IMG/VR virus record: IMGVR_UViG_3300034095_000182
Coordinates: 1-55,173 of that record
DNA from: a virus
Lineage: Duplodnaviria > Caudoviricetes
Strand: one strand, 5' to 3'
DNA length: 55,173 nt
Below are positions 21,066 to 29,185 of this stretch, in pieces. Position 1 is the first letter of the stretch; each line of letters begins with the position of its first letter. The position numbers and the translations under genes were made by a program. The notes beneath the pieces are model-generated. The model was given only the letters and a program-made list of their open reading frames with translations. It did not search any database and was not told the DNA's origin.

Positions 21066-21291
21066 AGAAGCGTTCGAGTTCATCTTCGGCAAGTACGGCA
21101 TCCATGATGCTGGCTTCAAGATTTGGGAGGCCGCAGTGAGATGGGAGCGCGGCGAGTGTGAGGATGTGGCAAAGCGTTATGCACAGCGTAACGACGGCAT
21201 CAAAAGGTTTGCTGGCAAGTCAATCGCCAGTTCGATTAAGCGTAGGTCGTTGAAGAAGAAAACTGTTGAAAAAGGAGAAGGCAATGTTTGA
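21055..21291 (+). CDS. Hypothetical protein
   Basis: GTG start after GAGGAG; 78 aa. Confidence 0.6.
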   Translation: MTSEEAFEFIFGKYGIHDAGFKIWEAAVRWERGECEDVAKRYAQRNDGIKRFAGKSIASSIKRRSLKKKTVEKGEGNV

Positions 21292-21424
21292 TTCGTTTGG
21301 AGATTTTTTCTGGTCATTCATGGCGCTGTCCGGTGTCATGTTCTGGGTTTGCTTTGCGGTTTTTGTGTTGATGGTGATCCGTCGCAATCGTCGCAAGTTT
21401 GGCTTTCGCAAAGACATCTACTAG
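21284..21424 (+). CDS. Small single-pass membrane protein (not in ORF track)
   Basis: AAGGAG RBS; MFDSFGDFFWSFMALSGVMFWVCFAVFVLMVIRRNRRKFGFRKDIY. Confidence 0.7.
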   Translation: MFDSFGDFFWSFMALSGVMFWVCFAVFVLMVIRRNRRKFGFRKDIY

Positions 21425-21432
21425 GAGCGCCC

Positions 21433-21552
21433 ATGGAAATATTTGTCGACATCGTTAGAACGATATTGATTTTGACTGGCGCCGTGGTTTGGTTTTTGGG
21501 CGCGTTTGTTGTTGCCTTTTTGTGGCTGTCACAGCGCCCACCTAAAGATTGA
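21433..21552 (+). CDS. Small membrane protein
   Basis: AGGAG RBS; MEIFVDIVRTILILTGAVVWFLGAFVVAFLWLSQRPPKD. Confidence 0.65.
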   Translation: MEIFVDIVRTILILTGAVVWFLGAFVVAFLWLSQRPPKD

Positions 21553-21563
21553 AAGGAGAAGCA

Positions 21564-21899
21564 ATGTCTACAGAAGATCGAGACCCGCACAAGGCGGTTG
21601 ACTACATCATCAAGAACGCAAAGCACTTTGCAAAAGCGAAGGCAGAGCGCGTGTACCTTGAGGAGTACCGCAAGTCCCTCAAGGCCATTCTCATGAAGCG
21701 TTCGATGGAGGCCGCTATCGGTGCGCAGGAGCGCGAGGCGTATGCCCATGAGGAGTATGTCCAGTTGCTTCAGGGTCTGCGTGAGGCCGTCGAGGCGGAG
21801 GAGAAGTTGCGCTGGGACTTGATTGGTGCGCAGGCCCGTGTTGAGATATGGCGTACAGAGCAGGCGAACAATCGCGCTGAAGGAAAGGCGACGATATGA
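21564..21899 (+). CDS. Helical hypothetical phage protein
   Basis: AAGGAG RBS; AKAERVYLEEYRKS...AQEREAYA...WRTEQANNR. Confidence 0.75.
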   Translation: MSTEDRDPHKAVDYIIKNAKHFAKAKAERVYLEEYRKSLKAILMKRSMEAAIGAQEREAYAHEEYVQLLQGLREAVEAEEKLRWDLIGAQARVEIWRTEQANNRAEGKATI

Positions 21900-22045
21900 A
21901 CGGCTTCCAGTTGATGGTGATCCACGCCCTCGGCTGGGTTGCTGTTCTTTTCGACGGCTGGGTTTTGCACAGTCACTGGTTGGCTGGCGCAGGGTTCATC
22001 ATGATGGTTGTTTCAATTTATCTAATCGTTAAAAAAGGATATTGA
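21896..22045 (+). CDS. Small membrane protein (not in ORF track)
   Basis: MNGFQLMVIHALGWVAVLFDGWVLHSHWLAGAGFIMMVVSIYLIVKKGY; ATGA coupling. Confidence 0.65.
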   Translation: MNGFQLMVIHALGWVAVLFDGWVLHSHWLAGAGFIMMVVSIYLIVKKGY

Positions 22046-22047
22046 AA

Positions 22048-22290
22048 ATGGTTGCAAGAGTTGGAAAAAAGAAATTGATGCTGGTGGCCGACATGAGTGT
22101 GGCCCCGCAGGAAAGTGAGACCTACGAGACCCCGTGGGGCAAGGTCTGGGTGCATGGCGCTGATGTGATGAAGACTTGGAAGAATGTCGTCATCGACAAG
22201 AAGACTGGCGAGAAGTGGATGCCGCCAAGCGAATACCGTAACGACTACCTGTTCAAGATCAACCGCGATGCTGGATACAAGAATGACTGA
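22048..22290 (+). CDS. Hypothetical protein
   Basis: ORF with AAGGA RBS; ADVMKTW...WMPPSE motif. Confidence 0.65.
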   Translation: MVARVGKKKLMLVADMSVAPQESETYETPWGKVWVHGADVMKTWKNVVIDKKTGEKWMPPSEYRNDYLFKINRDAGYKND

Positions 22291-22528
22291 GAAGACGCCA
22301 GAGGATGAGGCGTTCGAAGAGATCGAGCGCAAACAGAGGGAGGCTCAGGCCGAAGGCTGGCGCAAGCGGCAGGTGATGAAGGTCAAAAGTTTTGAGGACG
22401 CATTCAGCGACTACCTCGACAACATGGGCGCACCGCGCACCGCAGGCAACGAAGAGGTGCGTCGTCATTTCAACGCTGGATGGGTCGCGGGTATCCGTAA
22501 CGAATGGGCGAAAGAGAGGAACGATTGA
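22283..22528 (+). CDS. Hypothetical protein
   Basis: MTEKTPEDEAFEEIERKQ...; coupled to neighbours. Confidence 0.65.
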   Translation: MTEKTPEDEAFEEIERKQREAQAEGWRKRQVMKVKSFEDAFSDYLDNMGAPRTAGNEEVRRHFNAGWVAGIRNEWAKERND

Positions 22529-22821
22529 CCACGCTGGCCGAAAAGAAACACATGAGCCGGGTGGCCGAACTGGGGTGCGCCGTCTGCCGACGGATGGGCT
22601 ACCCGGGCACCCCGGCTGAGTTGCACCACCCAAGGGCCGGAACCGGGGCTGGAAGACGCGCAAGCCACATGGATGTCATCCCACTATGCCCGGAGCATCA
22701 TCGCGGCTCTACGGGCCTCCATGGCCTCGGGACGAAGGGGTTCCCCAAGAAGTGGGGGTTTGACGAGGCTGATCTGCTGGCTGACACCCGGCTTTTGCTC
22801 AATCAGGACATCCTAGGGTAA
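22525..22821 (+). CDS. Ref-like (recombination enhancement) HNH nuclease
   Basis: RVAELGCAVC...AELHH...RASH..VIPLCPEHH.G..GLH. Confidence 0.8.
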   Translation: MTTLAEKKHMSRVAELGCAVCRRMGYPGTPAELHHPRAGTGAGRRASHMDVIPLCPEHHRGSTGLHGLGTKGFPKKWGFDEADLLADTRLLLNQDILG

Positions 22822-22932
22822 GTCCCTAGAAAAATATTTGAAAAAAGGTGTTGACAAGGTTTAAGTCTGGGTTATACTAACACCACTGACCAAGCAATCC
22901 CGCCGTCAGGTAACAACGAAAGCGAGTTAAAC
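22814..22932 (+). promoter_or_regulatory. Promoter cassette copy 1
   Basis: TAGGG-N5-CCCTA, A-tracts, TTGACA(22851)-N16-TATACT, CTGAC...GTCAG leader hairpin, GAAAGCGAGTTAAAC-ATG. Confidence 0.85.
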
Positions 22933-23220
22933 ATGAATGCAATCACCACCAGCCAAGTCGACACCCTCGGTCAACTCCTCGCTCAGATCGCTGATCTGAC
23001 CAAGCAGGCTGACGCCATCAAAGACCAGTTCAAGGACAGCGCCTCCGCAGGCGGTGCCAAGGCTATCGAGGGCGACCTGTTCAAAGCCACCTACATCGAG
23101 TCCAACCGCTCTGTGGTTGACTACAAAGCCCTCTGCGCCGCTCTTGGCATCACTGCCGAGCAGATCGCCGAGTACACCAAGACCACCGCTGTGTTCAGCG
23201 TCAAGGTCACCAGCCGTTAA
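22933..23220 (+). CDS. Hypothetical early protein
   Basis: 95 aa with strong C-ending codon bias, directly after the promoter cassette. Confidence 0.8.
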   Translation: MNAITTSQVDTLGQLLAQIADLTKQADAIKDQFKDSASAGGAKAIEGDLFKATYIESNRSVVDYKALCAALGITAEQIAEYTKTTAVFSVKVTSR

Positions 23221-23233
23221 TCAGGGGGCCGAC

Positions 23234-23449
23234 ATGAAAACTCTGTACGACAAAGCCTACGACGAGTATTCCGGCCTGCCAGAGGTTCGAGTCGACCCGC
23301 TGGATATGCCCGAAGACATCAGCCACATGGTCTTCCGCGCACAGCACGAGATTGACTTGGTGGAGGAGGGTGAGCGCGATGACGATATGCCATCGAAGGC
23401 TGATCTAGCCAAGATCAAGCGGTTCATCAAGAAGTGGACTGGCAAGTAA
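23234..23449 (+). CDS. Hypothetical early protein
   Basis: ATG 23234 after AGGGGG; 71 aa. Confidence 0.7.
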   Translation: MKTLYDKAYDEYSGLPEVRVDPLDMPEDISHMVFRAQHEIDLVEEGERDDDMPSKADLAKIKRFIKKWTGK

Positions 23450-23498
23450 ACCAACCGGGGGCCTCGGCCCCTATTCAAAAGCGAAAGGAAAGCGAATC

Positions 23499-23804
23499 AT
23501 GCTCACACTGAACGACATCAACACCATCGAGTCCGACGAGGACGCAACTGAAGAGGAGTACTTCCTCTCGATCCAGCGGGCCATCAACTCTGGCGCGTGG
23601 AGCCTGCAAGGTTCCTACGGTCGCACGATGATGGACGCCATCAACGCAGGCCGCTGTGTACTTGGCCGCAACCGTGCCCGCGACTACTGGGGCAACACCA
23701 TTCCCTCGCGTGACGATGTCAAGCAGGGCACCAAAGGCTCGTATGACTTCGTGGCTGATGCCATGGGCGCCGAGTGGGCCGACATGATGTCGGAGGTCGC
23801 ATGA
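23499..23804 (+). CDS. Hypothetical early protein
   Basis: Q..INSG.AW.LQGSYGRT.MDAI.AG.C motif; 101 aa. Confidence 0.8.
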   Translation: MLTLNDINTIESDEDATEEEYFLSIQRAINSGAWSLQGSYGRTMMDAINAGRCVLGRNRARDYWGNTIPSRDDVKQGTKGSYDFVADAMGAEWADMMSEVA

Positions 23805-23953
23805 TCAAGTACGGCATCCTCGACTACATGGGCAAGGTCGTGCGCTGGGTGTGGGAGCGCCCCGCCGATCACTACAAGTTCGTCACGGTGAAGATCAAGC
23901 GCCAGCGTAAGCCGCGCTTCGACCTGAGCCAATTACCGGAGGCACCATTCTGA
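23801..23953 (+). CDS. Small hypothetical protein (not in ORF track)
   Basis: GGAGG RBS; MIKYGILDYMGKVVRWVWERP...LPEAPF, 50 aa, coupled on both sides. Confidence 0.7.
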   Translation: MIKYGILDYMGKVVRWVWERPADHYKFVTVKIKRQRKPRFDLSQLPEAPF

Positions 23954-24393
23954 TGAGCAAGAAAATTTTGCGCCGCGTGCGTGACGAGTTGCAGTCCATC
24001 CGCACCAACGACATCTTCGTCGCCGACGCCATCAAGACCTGCATCGCGCTGTGTGAGTCGGGCCTGACCCCGGGGCTTCTGCCCCCTCACCAGCACCACA
24101 GTGACACCAGCCGGGAAGCCGCCGCCGCCATCGCGCCGAAGTTCGGTCGCATGACCAGCGCGGTGCTGACCCTGATCGCCCGTTACGCCGACGGCCTGAC
24201 TGACGAGGAGGGTCAGAAACTCATGGCCCTTGAGGGCAATTCTTACCGCCCCTGCCGGGTCACGCTGGCCGACAAGGGGTTCGTGACTGACACCGGGGTG
24301 AGACGCCTTACCGCGCACTGCAAGAAGGCCGCTGTGTGGGCCATCACGCCCGCTGGTACCGAGTACCTAATCAACCAAGGAGGATCGCTATGA
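23953..24393 (+). CDS. Putative winged-helix DNA-binding protein
   Basis: TSREAA...VLTLI...GLTDEE...SYRPCRVTL.DKG.V.DTG.RR. Confidence 0.65.
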   Translation: MSKKILRRVRDELQSIRTNDIFVADAIKTCIALCESGLTPGLLPPHQHHSDTSREAAAAIAPKFGRMTSAVLTLIARYADGLTDEEGQKLMALEGNSYRPCRVTLADKGFVTDTGVRRLTAHCKKAAVWAITPAGTEYLINQGGSL

Positions 24394-24557
24394 CCAAGCC
24401 ATACAGCCCGGAGGACATCCAGTACATCAAAGGCTTCGAGGCCGGGTGCGACTACATCGTGGCCGAGATCGAGCGGTACATCGAGGTGTACCCCAGCAAG
24501 GAGTTCGTTCTGCATGAGTTGCTGGCCCACCTGAAGATGGAAGACAGGCCCAAGTGA
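24390..24557 (+). CDS. Small hypothetical protein
   Basis: GGAGG RBS; 55 aa. Confidence 0.65.
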   Translation: MTKPYSPEDIQYIKGFEAGCDYIVAEIERYIEVYPSKEFVLHELLAHLKMEDRPK

Positions 24558-24617
24558 CCCCGATCAAGTCTCCCTTCTGGCACATCCTCCAGCGAGTTAT
24601 CGCCGAGCGGAAGGCAT

Positions 24618-24735
24618 TAGGGAAACTCCCTACAAAAAATTCTCAAAAACCTGTTGACAAGGTTTAAGACAGTGTTAAACTATCTTCACTGACCGCATGG
24701 TGTGGTCAGGCAAACAAATGAAAGCGAGTTAAACC
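24618..24735 (+). promoter_or_regulatory. Promoter cassette copy 2
   Basis: TAGGG-N5-CCCTA, A-tracts, TTGACA(24654)-N16-TAAACT, CTGACC...GGTCAG hairpin, GAAAGCGAGTTAAACC-ATG. Confidence 0.85.
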
Positions 24736-25593
24736 ATGTACCAATATGCCCGTTCTGCAAACCAGACTTCCTTCCGCTCCAACGCTCCTTTGAGCAACGA
24801 GCAAATTGCCCAGTACGCACCCAGCGTGTTGGCTGAGACCGCCCACGAATCCCGTGGTGAGCGCTACACCTTCATCCCCACCATCCAAGTTCTGGACGGC
24901 CTGCGCAATGAAGGCTTCCAGCCCTTCGAGGTTCGTCAGACCCGCGTCAAGGATCAGTCCCGCCGCGAGTTCACCAAGCACATGGTGCGCCTGCGTCACG
25001 CCACCAGCATCGAGGCCGCTGTCGGTGAAGAAGTGCCCGAGATCGTGCTGATCAACAGCCACGACGGCTCCTCGTCCTACCAGTTGCTGGCCGGGTTCTT
25101 TCGCATGGTCTGCTCCAACGGCCTGATCGCTGGCGACATCTGCAACGACATCCGCGTGCGCCACTCCGGAAATGTGATCGACGATGTGATCGAGGGTTCG
25201 TTCCGCGTTCTCGACAATGTCGAGGAGATCGGCTCCCGCATCGAGACCTACAAGGCCATCGAACTCAAGCCCGAAGAGCAGTCGCTGTTCGCCAACGCCG
25301 CCCTGCAATTGCGTTGGGACGACAAGGCCCCCGTCGAGGCTGACCGCATCCTGCGTGCCCGCCGCTGGCAGGACAACAAGACCGACCTCTGGACGACCTT
25401 CAACCGCGTGCAGGAGAACATGATCAAAGGTGGTGTGGCTGGCCGCTCCGCTACTGGTCGCCGTATGTCCACCCGCGCTGTCGGTGGCGTCAATGAGAAT
25501 GTCAAGTTGAACCGCGCCCTCTGGACGCTGGCTGACGGCTTGGCCCAACTCAAGCAGGGCGTCGTGGACATCGAGGAACTGGTGGCCGCTTAA
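24736..25593 (+). CDS. DUF932 (DUF945) family protein
   Basis: APSV.A...HESR.ERY.FIPT, FTKHMVRLR, PEI.LINSHDGSSSYQ...G.FR.VC.NGLI and DLW.TFNRVQEN. Confidence 0.88.
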   Translation: MYQYARSANQTSFRSNAPLSNEQIAQYAPSVLAETAHESRGERYTFIPTIQVLDGLRNEGFQPFEVRQTRVKDQSRREFTKHMVRLRHATSIEAAVGEEVPEIVLINSHDGSSSYQLLAGFFRMVCSNGLIAGDICNDIRVRHSGNVIDDVIEGSFRVLDNVEEIGSRIETYKAIELKPEEQSLFANAALQLRWDDKAPVEADRILRARRWQDNKTDLWTTFNRVQENMIKGGVAGRSATGRRMSTRAVGGVNENVKLNRALWTLADGLAQLKQGVVDIEELVAA

Positions 25594-25631
25594 TCAACCC
25601 GGGGGCTACGGCCCCCATCAAGGAGACCAAC

Positions 25632-25907
25632 ATGAATCACTTCGACACCATGGACACCATCGTCAAGCAGTTCTTTGACCATCCCGTGTTCAACCGCCCC
25701 AACAGCCTGCTGGCCTACTGCGACTACATCGCCACGGTCATCAGCAAGGAACTCAAGGCCAACGACACCGAGCGCCTGCTGGCAAGCGTGAGCCGCCCCA
25801 AGTACGACCTGAGCGAGAGCGGCTCGTTCCAGTCCACCAAGAAGACCATCGAGGTCGAAGACCGCTTCGGCAAGAAGTACCGCGTGACGGTCGAGGAGGT
25901 CAAATGA
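25632..25907 (+). CDS. Hypothetical protein
   Basis: AAGGAG RBS; 91 aa. Confidence 0.75.
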   Translation: MNHFDTMDTIVKQFFDHPVFNRPNSLLAYCDYIATVISKELKANDTERLLASVSRPKYDLSESGSFQSTKKTIEVEDRFGKKYRVTVEEVK

Positions 25908-26041
25908 GCCACACCACACAAGCCTTCGGGGTTGTGCTGGCGCTGACAGTCTTCTGGGGCGCGGTGGTGGTGATCTGCGCTCAGGAGCCTGCCCCGGTGA
26001 TCGAGCGCCCGGTCAAGCAAGAGCGGGTGATCTGGGTATGA
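25904..26041 (+). CDS. Small membrane/exported protein (not in ORF track)
   Basis: GGAGG RBS; MSHTTQAFGVVLALTVFWGAVVVICAQEP..., coupled on both sides. Confidence 0.6.
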   Translation: MSHTTQAFGVVLALTVFWGAVVVICAQEPAPVIERPVKQERVIWV

Positions 26042-26463
26042 CGATCCCGATCATCCCCGAGCGCTCCTGCGGTGAGTGCGCCGAGTGTTGCAAGGGCTGG
26101 CTGACGGGTGAGGCCCACGGCCACATCTTCCACCCCGGCAAGCCCTGCTTCTTCCTGAACGGCACCTGCGGCATCTATCAGGCGCGGCCAGAGAACCCCT
26201 GCAAGGGCTATCGATGCGTCTGGCTGGGCGCGAATGACCTGCCCCTGTGGATGCGCCCGGATCAGTCCAAGGCCATCGTCACCGAGCGCGAGGTCAACGG
26301 TATCAAGTTCTGGGATGTGGTCGAGTGCGGCCAGACCCTGAGTTCTGAGGTTTTGTCTTGGCTGATCGTCTGGACGCTTGAGAACAACGGCAACCTGCAA
26401 TACCGGATCAAGGGCGGTGCCCACAAGATCGGCACCCCGGAGTTCTTGGAGGCCGAGACATGA
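26038..26463 (+). CDS. Cys-rich Zn/Fe-chelating protein (YkgJ/CxxCxxCC-like)
   Basis: CGECAECC...C.FL...CGIYQARP..PC..YRC.WL. Confidence 0.75.
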   Translation: MTIPIIPERSCGECAECCKGWLTGEAHGHIFHPGKPCFFLNGTCGIYQARPENPCKGYRCVWLGANDLPLWMRPDQSKAIVTEREVNGIKFWDVVECGQTLSSEVLSWLIVWTLENNGNLQYRIKGGAHKIGTPEFLEAET

Positions 26464-26555
26464 GAGGCGAGTCGGTCTGGCAGTTGTATTTCGTGTGGGG
26501 CGTCTTCGTTGTGCTGGCGCTCTGTGTTCTGGTTTTACTCAATTGGAGATGGTGA
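26460..26555 (+). CDS. Very small membrane peptide
   Basis: MRGESVWQLYFVWGVFVVLALCVLVLLNWRW; ATGA/TGATG coupling, GGAGG RBS. Confidence 0.5.
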   Translation: MRGESVWQLYFVWGVFVVLALCVLVLLNWRW

Positions 26556-26689
26556 TGACTAAGCAAGAGATTGACGACATGATGAAAGACCTGCCCAGTC
26601 AGCGGGGCTGGCAGGAGGAGTCACTGTTGGAAAAAATCCTCGGGGGGTTGGCATTTACCCTGTTCATGCTTATGATCTGCTTTATGTAA
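26555..26689 (+). CDS. Small C-terminally anchored membrane protein
   Basis: MTKQEIDDMMKDLPSQ...ILGGLAFTLFMLMICFM. Confidence 0.6.
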   Translation: MTKQEIDDMMKDLPSQRGWQEESLLEKILGGLAFTLFMLMICFM

Positions 26690-26766
26690 AAAGCGAATGT
26701 ATAGCGAACAGGTAGCGAACTCAAACCGAGTCGGTTACTCAAGGGGTGGTGCCCTCTACCAACACC

Positions 26767-26799
26767 GGAGGCCCGCACACGATGCGGGTCTTCCTTTTT
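26767..26799 (+). terminator. Rho-independent terminator between the early and late blocks
   Basis: GGAGGCCCGCA-CACGA-TGCGGGTCTTC then CTTTTT. Confidence 0.65.
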
Positions 26800-26856
26800 C
26801 TGGCGGTTCTGTTAAAATTTGAGTTACAATAACCCTAATAAAAGATTGGAGCGGCA

Positions 26857-27087
26857 ATGGCCCAGCAACGCATTTATTTGGTCGGCACGCCCGACAACAA
26901 AGTTCGCCTGATCAAGGCATCTTTGCGCCAGCAGGCGGTGAGTCATGTGGCAAACACCATGTTGACTGTCCGCGTGGCGTCGCAAGATGATCTGGTGAAG
27001 GCACTGACCAGCGGAATCGAAATTGAGCAGTACAACGCGCCCGAACAGCAAGACCTGATCGAACACAGCGAATCACCCGCGAACTAA
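26857..27087 (+). CDS. Hypothetical protein
   Basis: GGAG RBS; RLIKA....QAVSHVA...VASQDDLV. Confidence 0.75.
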   Translation: MAQQRIYLVGTPDNKVRLIKASLRQQAVSHVANTMLTVRVASQDDLVKALTSGIEIEQYNAPEQQDLIEHSESPAN

Positions 27088-27193
27088 ACCCTCGCACGGT
27101 TACCCGGCGCCGTAAGCCCGGGACAAAACACTGGCGAAGTGAAAGCGAATCGATTACACTGAACCGCATTCACTTTCAAGGGGATTAGGGGTA

Positions 27194-27778
27194 ATGCCTG
27201 AAACTGCCAGCAAACCGCGCAAAGCGCCTCAGAAGGCCGTGAAGCCCACCAAAGCAGGTGGAAGTACCAGCGCACCCCAAAAACCCGCCAAAGCCCCGAA
27301 AAAGACCCTCATCGGTCGTCCTACCAAGTACGACACCAACATCGCTTCCGAGATATGCGTAAGGCTCAGTAATGGAGAGCCATTGAGACAGATATGCATG
27401 GAAGACGATATGCCAGCGCAGTCGACGGTTTATCTCTGGTTGACGCGCCACCCTGACTTTTCGGAGATGTACGCACGCGCACGCGACGAGCAGGCCGACA
27501 CGCTGGCTGACCAGATCATCGCCATCGCCGACGAGATGCCGATGGAGACGACTGACAAGGACGGGAATACCAAATTCGACTCTGCCTACATTCAATGGCA
27601 GAGAAGCCGGGTTGACGCCCGCAAGTGGGTAGCGGCCAAACTCAAGCCCCGCAAGTACGGTGACCGCGTGGCGGTTGAGGGTACAGAGGATGGCGCCCCG
27701 ATCAAGACCGAGGACACCGGGTCAAGCCGCCTCTTCGAGTTGATCAAGAACATGGAGATGGCAAAGCGTGCTGGTTGA
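27194..27778 (+). CDS. terS: Terminase small subunit (Sf6/P22-like)
   Basis: GRPTKY...IC.RL.NGE.LR.IC...MP..STV..WL...F..MY.RAR...AD...R.RVDARKW.A.KL.PRKYGD. Confidence 0.9.
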   Translation: MPETASKPRKAPQKAVKPTKAGGSTSAPQKPAKAPKKTLIGRPTKYDTNIASEICVRLSNGEPLRQICMEDDMPAQSTVYLWLTRHPDFSEMYARARDEQADTLADQIIAIADEMPMETTDKDGNTKFDSAYIQWQRSRVDARKWVAAKLKPRKYGDRVAVEGTEDGAPIKTEDTGSSRLFELIKNMEMAKRAG

Positions 27779-29174
27779 ACACCTCGACGAAGAACTGGCC
27801 CGGGAGTTCGATGCCGAATCGCCCGAGAACCAGATCGCCGTCTTGGCTCACGCTGAATGGGTGGCTGGCGCCCACCGCTACCAGATACCGCCCCCGCTGG
27901 AGATCGATTACACCGTCTGGATGATGCTGGCTGGCCGGGGTGCAGGTAAGACCCGGAGCGCCGCTGAGGCCCTGTGGTGGTGGGCATGGATCACGCCCGG
28001 CTCTCGCTGTCTCGTGCTGGCCCCTACATCGAACGATGTGAAGTTCACTTGCTTCGAGGGTCAGTCTGGCCTGCTGTCAGTGATCCCGCAGGAACTGATC
28101 GTCGACTACAACAAGCAAGACCATCAGATCAAACTGATCAACGGCTCCATCATCCGGGGTATCTCAGCCGACTCATACGAGCGTCTGCGCGGCCCGCAGT
28201 GGCACTTCGCATGGTGTGACGAGTTGGCCGCATTCACCTACCTGCAAGAGGCGTGGGACATGATGATGTTCGGTCTGCGTCTGGGTGATCAGCCCCGCGT
28301 GATCGTGACCACGACACCGCGCCCGAAGGACTTGATCCTCGACCTCGTTGGCCGGGAAGGTGACGATGTCATCATTGACCGCGCCAGCACATACGAGAAC
28401 GCCGCCAACCTCGCTGAGAACTTCTCCAAGCAGTTGGAGCAGTACAAGGGTTCGAAGTTGTACCAGCAAGAGGTGCTGGGCGAGATCGTCGACCTCGAAG
28501 ACGGCAAGGTCGTGGGGCGCGATATGTTCAAACTGTGGCCCGCCAACAAGGCGTTCCCCAAGTTCGAGTTCATCATCCAGTCGTATGACTGCGCCTTCTC
28601 TGAGAAGACCTACAACGACCCGACGGCTATGACCACATGGGGCGTGTTCAAGCCCATGGACGGCCCAATGTCTGTCCTGCTGATCGACTGCTGGGCCGAG
28701 CATCTCGACTTCCCCCGGCTGAAGCCCCGCGTGCTGGATGAGTGGCGCGTCTCTTACGGTGAAGGCAAGGACGCCAAGCGACCCGACCTGATCATCGTGG
28801 AGGACAAGGCCGCAGGCATCTCGCTCATTCAGGAGTTGCGTCACGCCCACCTGCCTGTGATCCCATGGAACCCGGGCAAGGCCGACAAGATGCAACGCCT
28901 CCAGATCACCGCATCCATCTTTGCGACTGGCCGTGTCTGGTTGCCTGAGAGCGGTGTACGCAAGGGATATGTGAAGGACTGGGCCGAAGGGTTCCTGAGT
29001 CAGTTGTGTTCGTTCCCCGACTCATCGCATGACGACTATGTCGATAGCGCTACGCAAGCGATTCGATACCTCAAAGACGCGGGATGGCTAGATATAAATC
29101 CCGAGCCTCGTTATGATGATGATGATGATTACTTTGACGCCATGCCGAAGCGCGTCAATCCATACGCGGCGTGA
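27768..29174 (+). CDS. terL: Terminase large subunit
   Basis: AGRGAGKT Walker A, LRGPQ, WCDE Walker B, TTTP coupling motif, nuclease SYDCA, VEDKAAG and FP...HDDYVD. Confidence 0.95.
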   Translation: MLVEHLDEELAREFDAESPENQIAVLAHAEWVAGAHRYQIPPPLEIDYTVWMMLAGRGAGKTRSAAEALWWWAWITPGSRCLVLAPTSNDVKFTCFEGQSGLLSVIPQELIVDYNKQDHQIKLINGSIIRGISADSYERLRGPQWHFAWCDELAAFTYLQEAWDMMMFGLRLGDQPRVIVTTTPRPKDLILDLVGREGDDVIIDRASTYENAANLAENFSKQLEQYKGSKLYQQEVLGEIVDLEDGKVVGRDMFKLWPANKAFPKFEFIIQSYDCAFSEKTYNDPTAMTTWGVFKPMDGPMSVLLIDCWAEHLDFPRLKPRVLDEWRVSYGEGKDAKRPDLIIVEDKAAGISLIQELRHAHLPVIPWNPGKADKMQRLQITASIFATGRVWLPESGVRKGYVKDWAEGFLSQLCSFPDSSHDDYVDSATQAIRYLKDAGWLDINPEPRYDDDDDYFDAMPKRVNPYAA

Positions 29175-29185
29175 AGGGATAAAAC

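Noticed and set aside
26690-27193. tRNA or known ncRNA in the intergenic gaps around 26857..27087
   Set aside because: No cloverleaf, T-loop GTTCRA or CCA pattern could be built; only a terminator and short motifs are supportable.
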